64,000 bases of DNA, from sequence record PV764938.1, one strand, 5' to 3'. This document shows positions 55,670 through 63,807 of this stretch, piece after piece. The notes under the pieces were generated by a model. It saw nothing but the letters and a program-made list of their open reading frames with translations. It did not search any database and was not told the origin of the DNA. Both the position numbers and the translations under genes were made by a program. The first letter of the stretch is position 1; every line of letters starts with the position of its first letter.

Positions 55670-56248
55670 ATGTCCGGTCCAGACCTACGTAAATTTATGA
55701 ATATCCTCAACGAAAGCTTTGGTGCTCCAGTTGTTGAAGCAGAAGTTACTCCTCTCACATCCGTAGATGAAGACTATTACGTCTATGCTTGGGAAAGTGC
55801 AGAAGACCAGAACGTATTCGATCTTTGGTGGGAACTATTCCAGACCAATGCTCCTATGACTGCTGAACAGATGAATGTTCCTGCAGAATTTGTAGCGGCT
55901 TTGACCCCAGTTCCCGCTGGTACACTTCAGAAGTTCTACGGCAAGAAGCCAAATCCTAATAGCGATCGTAACGCAGAAATCTTCGAAGATATGGTAGAAA
56001 ATCTGCGTAACTATGGTAAGTTCTGGGATCCAGATGCAGTTGCTGAAGAAGCTGTGTTTGAAGACGAAACACTTGAAGAAACCGGTAACGCAAATGCTCA
56101 GCAGAAGGGCATTCACTTCTCCGGTAAGCCTGCGAACAAGAACAAGGGTGACATGGATCTTTCCTCTCCGAAGTCCACGGCTGCTGGTTCGAAGACTCCA
56201 TTGGCTCAGACAAAGTCCGGCACAAACGTCGGTAAGATCAAATCCTAA
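55670..56248 (+). CDS. Hypothetical head-internal protein candidate
   Basis: ATG at 55670 with AGGAG RBS; basic tail similar in style to the core paralogs. Confidence 0.75.
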   Translation: MSGPDLRKFMNILNESFGAPVVEAEVTPLTSVDEDYYVYAWESAEDQNVFDLWWELFQTNAPMTAEQMNVPAEFVAALTPVPAGTLQKFYGKKPNPNSDRNAEIFEDMVENLRNYGKFWDPDAVAEEAVFEDETLEETGNANAQQKGIHFSGKPANKNKGDMDLSSPKSTAAGSKTPLAQTKSGTNVGKIKS

Positions 56249-56295
56249 TTGGTATAGCGGAGCAAGTCTCCGCTATTTCCATATCAGAATATGTG

Positions 56296-56323
56296 TTGAC
56301 TGGTTCCTATTTCCTGCTACAGT
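56296..56323 (+). promoter_or_regulatory. Sigma70-like early promoter
   Basis: TTGACT-16-TACAGT with TTCCTA in the spacer. Confidence 0.6.
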
Positions 56324-56345
56324 GAGAGCAACAAAGGAGATCGAA

Positions 56346-56537
56346 ATGGCCCGTCGCAAACTTACTGATTCTGAATTCAACACCATCAGCCGCGTTGTTG
56401 GTGTTACTGAAAAAGACAGCAAGATCGAAGCAGCCCGTAAGGGTGTGGCAGCGATGAAGCTTGCGGGAATGCCTGCTTCGGCAATCCGCAAAGCCGAAAA
56501 GATGATCGAGGACGCAATCGCTCGCGGCATCAAGTAA
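56346..56537 (+). CDS. Small basic hypothetical protein (63 aa)
   Basis: MARRKLTDSEF..; AAGGAG RBS; C-terminal part of the track ORF 56013-56537. Confidence 0.7.
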   Translation: MARRKLTDSEFNTISRVVGVTEKDSKIEAARKGVAAMKLAGMPASAIRKAEKMIEDAIARGIK

Positions 56538-57122
56538 TTAGGGAAGCGGAGTAGCTCCGTTCCCCGCATAGTGAGACCAAATGGCGAGGTCGAAGTCGGC
56601 CATCGCCATTTTCTTTTTCGCAGCCTCAGCCAGCAGAATCTTTTCGAGTCTCAAGTAGTCGGGACCATTCGGAATACCATCCGGAACATTTGGCGCACCA
56701 ATATGCTTGAGGTATTTGAGCATATGTGTGTCAATGACTGCGACGTTCTCATTACGCCTGCTATGCAGCGTGAAGAACCGAGAAGTCTTGTAGCCGGCCC
56801 CTGTGATGGCGGTACGAATGTCTTCTGCACTCGCTGTACGGAGCCAAGCTGTTCCCTTAGCTGCTGATTCTTCATACCCTTTCACGAGAAGCGCATACTT
56901 GCCCATTTTCACCTTGCGTAGGGAAGGATCAAGAATACCAATGTGAACCATTCGGTCGATGCTTGTGAATGGATCAAACTGTGGAGTTAGCTTGATGAAA
57001 TCATCGACCTTCTTTGCCATCATCGTCGCTTTCTTGCCTGCCACAGCTAGACAAAACAGCCAGAACTCTTGTAGCTCAGCATCGGTGCGATCGTAGTTGG
57101 TAATCTTGAAGGGGTCAATCAT
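56538..57122 (-). CDS. HhH-superfamily DNA glycosylase, Ogg2-like (8-oxoG)
   Basis: HhH motif ITGAGYKTSRFF with Lys, and VAVIDTH with catalytic Asp. Start moved to MIDPF at 57122 (GAGG RBS). Confidence 0.7.
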   Translation of the reverse strand: MIDPFKITNYDRTDAELQEFWLFCLAVAGKKATMMAKKVDDFIKLTPQFDPFTSIDRMVHIGILDPSLRKVKMGKYALLVKGYEESAAKGTAWLRTASAEDIRTAITGAGYKTSRFFTLHSRRNENVAVIDTHMLKYLKHIGAPNVPDGIPNGPDYLRLEKILLAEAAKKKMAMADFDLAIWSHYAGNGATPLP

Positions 57123-57175
57123 CTGGAATTCCTCTATTTGAGGACACCCTATTAGGGTAGGCTTCCAGGCGTCAA

Positions 57176-57183
57176 TATAAATA
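57176..57183 (+). promoter_or_regulatory. Late promoter, full T4 consensus
   Basis: TATAAATA. Confidence 0.75.
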
Positions 57184-57204
57184 GCGCGTAAAAGGAGACT
57201 TCCA

Positions 57205-57327
57205 ATGAAACAGCGAATCACATTTCTTCAAGCTCTACGCGCAATGAATCAAGATGATCCAACTCGTGCTTTGCGTGTCGCCAGAGAGTATTTTGCGCAG
57301 GAACCTAAGCGCCCGCGCAAAAAGTAA
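57205..57327 (+). CDS. 40-aa basic late peptide (below track cutoff)
   Basis: MKQRITFLQALRAMNQDDPTRALRVAREYFAQEPKRPRKK; AAGGAG RBS. Confidence 0.7.
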   Translation: MKQRITFLQALRAMNQDDPTRALRVAREYFAQEPKRPRKK

Positions 57328-57732
57328 TCAGTAGTTGATACCGACGTCAACCTGAAGGACAAGACGTCCATAGGTATCGTCATCTTCCGGACCGAATGGC
57401 ACCCACCAGTCAGGGGTATCGCCGAACGAATACTTCCGAGAAGACGTAACGCTGTCTTTGCCGTTCAGTGCGGCTTCGAGAATGCTTGCGACATAACGAA
57501 CGCCGCCGATGTCGCGCCAGCAGTTGGGATCCTCAACGAGCTTCTTAGTGTCGAAGAAATATTCGCCGTAGAAGTCCGGGACAGTTTCCGGGTCATTGTA
57601 GTAGAGCGTATTGGGATGCTCAGTTACTGCGATGATCGGCCAACCCTTTGCCTCCGCAAGCTCACGAACCACGTCGTGCTCTTCGCCGAATTCGCAGTTA
57701 TCGACAGTGCGAACAAGCTGAATCACACTCAT
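57328..57732 (-). CDS. Hypothetical protein
   Basis: 134 aa, ATGA-coupled. Confidence 0.75.
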   Translation of the reverse strand: MSVIQLVRTVDNCEFGEEHDVVRELAEAKGWPIIAVTEHPNTLYYNDPETVPDFYGEYFFDTKKLVEDPNCWRDIGGVRYVASILEAALNGKDSVTSSRKYSFGDTPDWWVPFGPEDDDTYGRLVLQVDVGINY

Positions 57733-58106
57733 GCTGCCACCTCTTCTGCCTGCTTACGGAAGTAACCGTACTGGAGGCCGTTCTTGTACTCGTAGTAGCT
57801 TTCGTCCTCGAGGACATAATCGTCGTCGTAGGCCTGCTTGTCCCAGCGGATTGCAGTTGCACGGTCGCCGGCACCCATTTCGATGAGTGCAGCAATACGG
57901 GCTTCGAAGACCACCGCAGCGGCGGCCTGAGCAGCTTCCTGCTCGCGAATTGCGTCGGCGACGGCTTCAGAGAGGCGATCAGCCTCAACACGGAGTTGCT
58001 CGATGGTAAGCTCGTTGTAGATGCCGCGCGGGCGGAAGCCGTAAGCGTCCTTGTGGGCATCCGAAATGTAGGAGAGGAGTTCTTCGCGTTCCGTACGAGC
58101 TACCAT
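57729..58106 (-). CDS. Hypothetical early protein
   Basis: 125 aa with SYISDAHKDAYGFRPRG motif, GGAG RBS. Confidence 0.8.
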   Translation of the reverse strand: MVARTEREELLSYISDAHKDAYGFRPRGIYNELTIEQLRVEADRLSEAVADAIREQEAAQAAAAVVFEARIAALIEMGAGDRATAIRWDKQAYDDDYVLEDESYYEYKNGLQYGYFRKQAEEVAA

Positions 58107-58137
58107 TGTCTTCGATCTCCGTTGCGTTTCTTCCTAT

Positions 58138-58165
58138 ATCATAACATAGGAATAGGAGCTGTCAA
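58138..58165 (-). promoter_or_regulatory. Sigma70-like early promoter
   Basis: TTGACA-GCTCCTA-TTCCTATGT-TATGAT. Confidence 0.75.
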
Positions 58166-58175
58166 CCAGGAATTT

Positions 58176-58412
58176 CTATTTCTTTTTGCTGAAAAACTTC
58201 AGCACTTCACGGGTAGCCTTGGCGTCATCGCCGCGCCAGGACGTCATATTGTTAAGAATATAAAGGCACTGGACTCTACGTTCTTCACCGACCATATATT
58301 TGCCGGCGCGAGCATACGTATGTGCGTACTGGAGCAGATAATTATTGGGCTTATCCACGGCGGCCTGCATTACGGTATCACATGCTTTCCGGTAATCTGC
58401 ATCAGTGAACAT
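58176..58412 (-). CDS. Hypothetical early protein
   Basis: 78 aa, TAATG-coupled. Confidence 0.7.
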   Translation of the reverse strand: MFTDADYRKACDTVMQAAVDKPNNYLLQYAHTYARAGKYMVGEERRVQCLYILNNMTSWRGDDAKATREVLKFFSKKK

Positions 58413-58663
58413 TAGAATTTCCCACCATTTGCGGCACGACGTGCCAGTTCAACTTTGATTGCCTCGTGCATTTCCTTGCCGACCCTGATGAACTCTTCTT
58501 CGGTGATTTCCGTGGCCAAGTCCTTCTCGAAGTAGGTCCAGTTCTTCGCGTGAAAGAATCGAAACTCCTCACGCTCGCCGACTTGCACCTTCAACCAGAA
58601 CTCGGTGTTGCGCTGCATGTAATGTTTGGGAATGCCGTGGGGTGACTTAAAGTCCTCGAGCAT
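58412..58663 (-). CDS. Hypothetical early protein
   Basis: ATG at 58663 with GGAG RBS. Confidence 0.65.
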   Translation of the reverse strand: MLEDFKSPHGIPKHYMQRNTEFWLKVQVGEREEFRFFHAKNWTYFEKDLATEITEEEFIRVGKEMHEAIKVELARRAANGGKF

Positions 58664-58664
58664 A

Positions 58665-58847
58665 TCAGTCTCCAATGATTTCAACAGTGTAGCGGGTACG
58701 GAGGCGGTCCGCTAGATCGTTACGGAACTGATCATGCCCCAAGTAGTTGCCCTTGGTATCACGGGCAACCCAGCGACCACGAAACGGAATGAGATTCTCC
58801 TCAATGAGGATATTGCCGTTTTCACGACGAATGGTAGCCTTTTCCAT
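58665..58847 (-). CDS. Hypothetical early protein
   Basis: 60 aa, TAATG-coupled. Confidence 0.65.
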   Translation of the reverse strand: MEKATIRRENGNILIEENLIPFRGRWVARDTKGNYLGHDQFRNDLADRLRTRYTVEIIGD

Positions 58848-59083
58848 TAGAAGTTCCCTCCTTCGGCAAACTCGTCAGCATCGACTCGATCCATCGTCCG
58901 CTTAACCGCGAACCGCTTTGTATCGTAATCGGTATCAAACTCGCGATTACCGTTCTTGTCGACCTCAAAGACGAACCAGCCTTTGGTTTCGCCGTCGGAT
59001 CCTACTGCCATGTTTTCGACTTCGAAAGTACGGCCCTTGTAGGTGAACCTATAAATGCCAGTGGTGACCTTTGTCGTTTTCAC
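58847..59083 (-). CDS. Hypothetical early protein
   Basis: 78 aa, GTG start with AAGGAG RBS. Confidence 0.7.
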   Translation of the reverse strand: MKTTKVTTGIYRFTYKGRTFEVENMAVGSDGETKGWFVFEVDKNGNREFDTDYDTKRFAVKRTMDRVDADEFAEGGNF

Positions 59084-59105
59084 AGTCAGCTCCTTTGTTA
59101 TCTGA

Positions 59106-59133
59106 ATCCTAACATAGGAACCAGAGTTGTCAA
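59106..59133 (-). promoter_or_regulatory. Sigma70-like early promoter
   Basis: TTGACA-ACTCTGG-TTCCTATGT-TAGGAT. Confidence 0.75.
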
Positions 59134-59215
59134 CCTAGCCAAGACAAGTATCTGACTAGAAAAAACTCAAAAACTGCACTTTTGAGCCTATTAGGCACGG
59201 ATAAATTGGTTGCCT

Positions 59216-59223
59216 TATAAATA
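59216..59223 (+). promoter_or_regulatory. Late promoter, full T4 consensus
   Basis: TATAAATA upstream of gp22/gp23. Confidence 0.8.
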
Positions 59224-59306
59224 ATTCGTAGGCTTAAACAGAAGCGAACATTGCCAATGTTTTAAGACAACTGGTTCAGAAATGAATCAACAAAGGAGAG
59301 TTCCAG

Positions 59307-60719
59307 ATGAATCAAGGATTGAAAGAGCTTTTGGAGAGCGCAGTTCTCAGCGATGAGACTAAGTCTGCTCTGTCTGAAGCTTGGAATTCGAAGCTGGACG
59401 AAGTACGTGCAAGCGTTCGTGAAGAGACAGAAACGAATCTTCGTGAGGAATTTGCAAGTCGTTTTGCTGCTGACAAGCTAGAGCTTGTTGAAGCAATGGA
59501 TCGTATGCTCGGTGACGCTGTAAAGGGTCACGCTGAAACTGCCGCAGTTGAACTGAAGGCTATTCAGGAAGAGCGTGCTCGTCTCACTTCTGCTATCAAG
59601 GAAGCTCGCGCCGATTATAAGGCAAAGATCGCTTCCCAGACCCAAGTCATGGAAACTTTCTTCTTGGAAACATTGAAGAAAGAATTGACGGAATTTGCAC
59701 AGGACCACTCGGCCCTGCGTGCCCAGCGAGTTAAGGTTGCCGAACAGGCTGCTTCGCTGGAAACAGACTATCAGACAAAGCTTTCTGAAAGCATGGAAAA
59801 GCTCCAGTCGATTGTCGTTACAAAGCTTCATGAGGAAATGTCCGAGCTTAAGGCTCAGAAGGCTGCACTCGCAGAAGCAACATCGGCAACAGCGAAGAAG
59901 CTCAATGAACACCGCGCAGAACTGAACACACAGACGGCTAAGGGCATCAAGATGCTCGAGTCCTTTGTTATGTCCCAGCTCAGCAAGGAAATCAAGGAGT
60001 TCGAAGTTGACAAGGCTAACCTCGTTGAGGCGCGTGTCCGTTTCGCTACTGAAGCAAAGTCCAAGCTGGACGAACAGCGTAAGGCGTTTGTCGCTCGTGC
60101 AACGAAAATCGTTGAGTCCACAGTCGACGCACACCTTCGTAAGGAATTGACTCAGCTTAAGGAAGACCTCGTAGAAGCCCGCCAGAACATTTTTGGTCGT
60201 CGCTTGTTCGAAGCTTTCCAGAGCGAGTTTATGACCAGCTACCTTTCCGAAGGTACACAGGTCAAGAAGCTCACAAACCAGCTCGTAGAAGCACAAGCCC
60301 GTATCGACGAAGCCACAGCGGCTGTCAACGAAAAGGCAAAGCTTATCGAGTCCATGGAGCGTCGAGTTAAGCTATCTGAGGAGCGTGCTACTCGCGAGCG
60401 CACTCTGAATGAACTCCTGTCTCCGCTTAGCCGAGATAAGAGAGCTGTAATGGGTGAACTTCTAGAGTCCGTCAAGACGTCCTCTTTGAAGGTTGCCTTC
60501 CAGAAGTATCTGCCAACAATTCTCAATGAGAATGACCGGGGCAGTTCACAAAAGGGTCGACAGTTGTTGTCGGAAACCCCCGTAACTGCGAAGCGTCCTG
60601 TTAGTGAAGTAACGGGCGACCGCAACAATCGTCTAACTGAGTCTGCCCGCGCAGAGATCGTAGAAGACAACGTTGAAGAGATTCACGAACTACGTCGCCT
60701 GGCCGGAATTGAAAAGTAA
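59307..60719 (+). CDS. gp22: Prohead core scaffold protein
   Basis: Long coiled coil directly upstream of the major capsid gene; N-terminal LLES..LSDETK..LSEAW. Confidence 0.85.
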   Translation: MNQGLKELLESAVLSDETKSALSEAWNSKLDEVRASVREETETNLREEFASRFAADKLELVEAMDRMLGDAVKGHAETAAVELKAIQEERARLTSAIKEARADYKAKIASQTQVMETFFLETLKKELTEFAQDHSALRAQRVKVAEQAASLETDYQTKLSESMEKLQSIVVTKLHEEMSELKAQKAALAEATSATAKKLNEHRAELNTQTAKGIKMLESFVMSQLSKEIKEFEVDKANLVEARVRFATEAKSKLDEQRKAFVARATKIVESTVDAHLRKELTQLKEDLVEARQNIFGRRLFEAFQSEFMTSYLSEGTQVKKLTNQLVEAQARIDEATAAVNEKAKLIESMERRVKLSEERATRERTLNELLSPLSRDKRAVMGELLESVKTSSLKVAFQKYLPTILNENDRGSSQKGRQLLSETPVTAKRPVSEVTGDRNNRLTESARAEIVEDNVEEIHELRRLAGIEK

Positions 60720-60730
60720 GGAATATAAAA

Positions 60731-61957
60731 ATGAGCAAGCTTTTTGAAAGCAATTGGACTAAGACCAAGGAAGCCCTTTGCGAAGGCCGCGACCTTTTGG
60801 TAAACATGGACGGTTCCGCTAATCCGAACAAGAAGAAGATTATGGAAACTGTTCTGGAGAACACACGTCAGGAAATGATGAAGCGTTCCCCACTGATGGA
60901 AACAGCTACAGCTGGCGCAACTTCTGCTGGTAACGTTGCTACTCTGAACAAGGTCATCATGCCTGTTCTTCGTCGCGTTATGCCAACAGTTATCGCCAAC
61001 GAAATCATCGGCGTTCAGCCAATGACTGGCCCTGTTGCCCAGATCCACACACTTCGCGTTCGTTATGCTGACTCCGTCGGCGGCGCAGCAGGTGTTACAG
61101 CTGGTACAGAAGCTCTGTCCCCATTCGACATTGCTAAGTATTACTCTGGTAACGAAAACACAGCCCTCCCAGGCGCAGCTCCTACAGCAGTTCTCGAAGG
61201 CCGTCCGGGCAACCGTATGTCCATCCAGATCCTGAAGGAAACTGTTGAAGTCAAGACACGTCGTCTGTCTGCACGTTGGACATTCGAAGCTGCTCAGGAC
61301 GCACAGGCTCAGCAGGGCATCGACATCGAAGCTGAAGTTATGGCAGCTCTCGCACAGGAAATCACAGCAGAAATCGACCAGGAAATCCTGACATCGCTGC
61401 GTCGTCTCCCAGGTGCTGCAACTTCCACATACGACCAGGCAAACGTTTCCGGTACGGCTACATTCGTAGGCGACGAACACGCTGCTCTTTCGGTTCTCAT
61501 CAACCGTCAGGCTAACCTGATCGCTTCCCGTACACGTCGTGGTCCAGGTAACTGGATCGTTGTTTCCCCAACTGCACTCACAGTTCTGCAGTCGGCAACA
61601 ACTTCGGCTTTCGCACGTACAACTGAAGGCGTTTTCGAAGCTCCAACAAACACAAAGTTCGTTGGTACTCTGAACAACTCCATGCGCGTTTACGTTGACC
61701 AGTACGCACCGGACAACACACCGGTTCTCGTTGGTTACAAGGGCCAGGGCGAAATCGACGCAGCAGCTTACTACTGCCCATACGTTCCTCTGACATCGTC
61801 CGGCGTTGTTATCGACCCACAGACTTTCGAGCCTGTAGTTTCGTTCATGACACGTTACGGTTACCTGGAACTCACAAACAGCGCGTCGTCCCTCGGCAAC
61901 GCTGCTGACTACTTGGGTCTCGTAGCGATCAACACAGCTAACCTGAAGTTCCTCTAA
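60731..61957 (+). CDS. gp23: Major capsid protein
   Basis: EIIGVQPMTGP, RRLSARWTFEAAQD, EITAEIDQEIL, YYCPYVPL, FMTRYG. Confidence 0.98.
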   Translation: MSKLFESNWTKTKEALCEGRDLLVNMDGSANPNKKKIMETVLENTRQEMMKRSPLMETATAGATSAGNVATLNKVIMPVLRRVMPTVIANEIIGVQPMTGPVAQIHTLRVRYADSVGGAAGVTAGTEALSPFDIAKYYSGNENTALPGAAPTAVLEGRPGNRMSIQILKETVEVKTRRLSARWTFEAAQDAQAQQGIDIEAEVMAALAQEITAEIDQEILTSLRRLPGAATSTYDQANVSGTATFVGDEHAALSVLINRQANLIASRTRRGPGNWIVVSPTALTVLQSATTSAFARTTEGVFEAPTNTKFVGTLNNSMRVYVDQYAPDNTPVLVGYKGQGEIDAAAYYCPYVPLTSSGVVIDPQTFEPVVSFMTRYGYLELTNSASSLGNAADYLGLVAINTANLKFL

Positions 61958-61978
61958 GAATTACAGGAATGCAAATTG

Positions 61979-62005
61979 GAAAGCCCCGCAAGGGGCTTTC
62001 TTTTT
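61979..62005 (+). terminator. Intrinsic terminator after the capsid gene
   Basis: GAAAGCCCC-GCAA-GGGGCTTTC-TTTTT. Confidence 0.92.
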
Positions 62006-62027
62006 GACTGGACGAGTATCAAGGCTG

Positions 62028-62033
62028 TAAATA
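62028..62033 (+). promoter_or_regulatory. Late promoter (TAAATA)
   Basis: Upstream of the ATG at 62059. Confidence 0.55.
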
Positions 62034-62058
62034 TGGAGAACTCTAACAGGACAAACAT

Positions 62059-62715
62059 ATGCGATCCCGCGGCAATTTTTATCGAGGCATTACTCACGGA
62101 TTACCCACAGTTGTAGGATCTGAACAGGTCATTTATACCTCAGGGTTGTTCACGGCCAACACTACGTTCCAACCAAGAACTACAGCAAACGCGGTAGCCG
62201 GTGACATCATATTTGCAGTGGGTGTCGGAAACTCTGGGGTTATATTGCCAAACCCCACACGCACGGATTCAACCTCTATTGGCGGCGGCCTGTCGTCCCA
62301 AACCAACGCATTTCAGATATTGACTGCGACTGACATCACAAACAATTCAATCAGTGTTACATGCCCGTCTTTGGGCAATTACGTTCTTATAGTGATTCGT
62401 GGAATCAGCACGCTAACCCGTAAACAATCCGTTAACGTGCTGAACGCCACTGATACGGTCCCAGGCTTTACTAAGGCCGCGAATTCAAAATTGATTCTAG
62501 CCATAGTCACCGACCGTACTGATGTTGGTGCTACTTTATCAGTGGCAACGGGATTCGCACTTTTGCGTAATGGGTTTTCGCAATATTTCTCGGTAGCCCA
62601 CGGTGTGCGTAATTCTAGCACCTACACAAGCGGATCAAACTTCACCGTGTTCTCACAAGCCACTGGTGGTGGTGGTGCTTATGGTGCAGTGGCAAGTATC
62701 TACGAAGCAACTTAA
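62059..62715 (+). CDS. Thr/Ser/Gly-rich beta protein, possible capsid decoration or appendage
   Basis: 218 aa, late promoter, directly after the capsid gene terminator. Confidence 0.55.
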   Translation: MRSRGNFYRGITHGLPTVVGSEQVIYTSGLFTANTTFQPRTTANAVAGDIIFAVGVGNSGVILPNPTRTDSTSIGGGLSSQTNAFQILTATDITNNSISVTCPSLGNYVLIVIRGISTLTRKQSVNVLNATDTVPGFTKAANSKLILAIVTDRTDVGATLSVATGFALLRNGFSQYFSVAHGVRNSSTYTSGSNFTVFSQATGGGGAYGAVASIYEAT

Positions 62716-63002
62716 TCGTCGGCGCCTAGATCAGGCTGAATGTTACGGCGATTGCACCATACTGCTATAGCCTGTTGCGCTGAAACCAAATAGTATTCGC
62801 GCTCATCATCCTCAAACATGCCATTGCCCTGGGGCTTGGCGTCGTAGACGGTCTCACCACCCACATCAGGACATTGAACGTAGAAGTTGCCGTGACGGAG
62901 CCGTAGGTATCCGACGTTCTTCCCGTCGTAAAGAGCATCGTACTGTTCGGGGCAAGCATCGCACGTTTTGAACAATTTGATATCCTGCCACCGAACTGTC
63001 AC
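62712..63002 (-). CDS. Hypothetical protein
   Basis: 96 aa with TCDACPEQYD..VGYLRLRHG motif. Confidence 0.7.
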   Translation of the reverse strand: MTVRWQDIKLFKTCDACPEQYDALYDGKNVGYLRLRHGNFYVQCPDVGGETVYDAKPQGNGMFEDDEREYYLVSAQQAIAVWCNRRNIQPDLGADD

Positions 63003-63011
63003 GAGTACATC

Positions 63012-63668
63012 TCACTTAATCTCAACGATGAACGGGTTGTTGTCGCTGTCGGAGACAGTCACCGTGAAATTCATACGCTTCAAGTCCGCAAGAGTCAAGC
63101 TCTCCGGCAAAGTGAGGTGTGCAATCTTCTGCACTTGGGCTTTCACCTGCTGATCATCAACCACACGCGCAAGCGCAACCTGCGTAGTTGGGGCCGGCTT
63201 CTCTGCTTTCGGCTTTGCTGGCTTCTTCACAGGCTTTTCCGGCTGCTTTTTGCCGTTAACAAGCGGACGCGCTGCATTCTTGATGAGCGATGCGACGGTC
63301 TCGCCGGTCAGATCAACATCGAAGGTGATCAGATCGTCGGTCTGCTCGATCACATGAACCGGTACTTCAACGCCATTGAACTTGGCAGCTTTGTTGCGCT
63401 CGATGCCCATGTAGCGACGAGTCGCTGCCGCAATGATCTTGGTGATGCTGTTGGGGTGATGGGTCACGTAAAGCTTACGTGCGTCTTTGCCGTGCCGTTC
63501 GTGAGCCATTTCAGCTGTTTTGTAGAGGGTGACGCGAATCACCTTTGTGCTGACATTGGCTTCGTGAATATAGCAGGCATTCCAGGCATTGAGCTTTATT
63601 GAGCCCGAATAAATGTTGAAGCTGGTGTGCCCTTTTGTAAAGGCAAACCGCACTGTTTCTTTAGCCAT
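63012..63668 (-). CDS. Hypothetical protein
   Basis: 218 aa, GGGAG RBS, Lys/Pro-rich linker. Confidence 0.7.
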   Translation of the reverse strand: MAKETVRFAFTKGHTSFNIYSGSIKLNAWNACYIHEANVSTKVIRVTLYKTAEMAHERHGKDARKLYVTHHPNSITKIIAAATRRYMGIERNKAAKFNGVEVPVHVIEQTDDLITFDVDLTGETVASLIKNAARPLVNGKKQPEKPVKKPAKPKAEKPAPTTQVALARVVDDQQVKAQVQKIAHLTLPESLTLADLKRMNFTVTVSDSDNNPFIVEIK

Positions 63669-63771
63669 CGATCTGTAACTCCCTTTTGAGGCGTGGTTAA
63701 CGCATTGTTAAACAAGCACCTTTGTTCAAATAAGTCAAATAATGCTGCCCTGCGTAGTTAACTGGAACCCA

Positions 63772-63777
63772 TAAATA
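63772..63777 (+). promoter_or_regulatory. Late promoter (TAAATA)
   Basis: CATAAATA upstream of the ATG at 63808. Confidence 0.55.
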
Positions 63778-63807
63778 TGTGGTATTGGTTGTTCAAAGAG
63801 GCAGTTC

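Noticed and set aside
56541-56564. Hairpin GGGAAGCGGAG-TAG-CTCCGTTCCC as a standalone element
   Set aside because: Lies in the last codons of the glycosylase between convergent genes with no U-tract; at most a weak terminator.
188-58684. Track start sites for several ORFs (1438, 3677, 36041, 39835, 42276, 45163, 47031, 55628, 56013, 57221, 58684)
   Set aside because: They overlap neighbours or promoters and lack an RBS; downstream ATGs with clear Shine-Dalgarno sequences were used instead.
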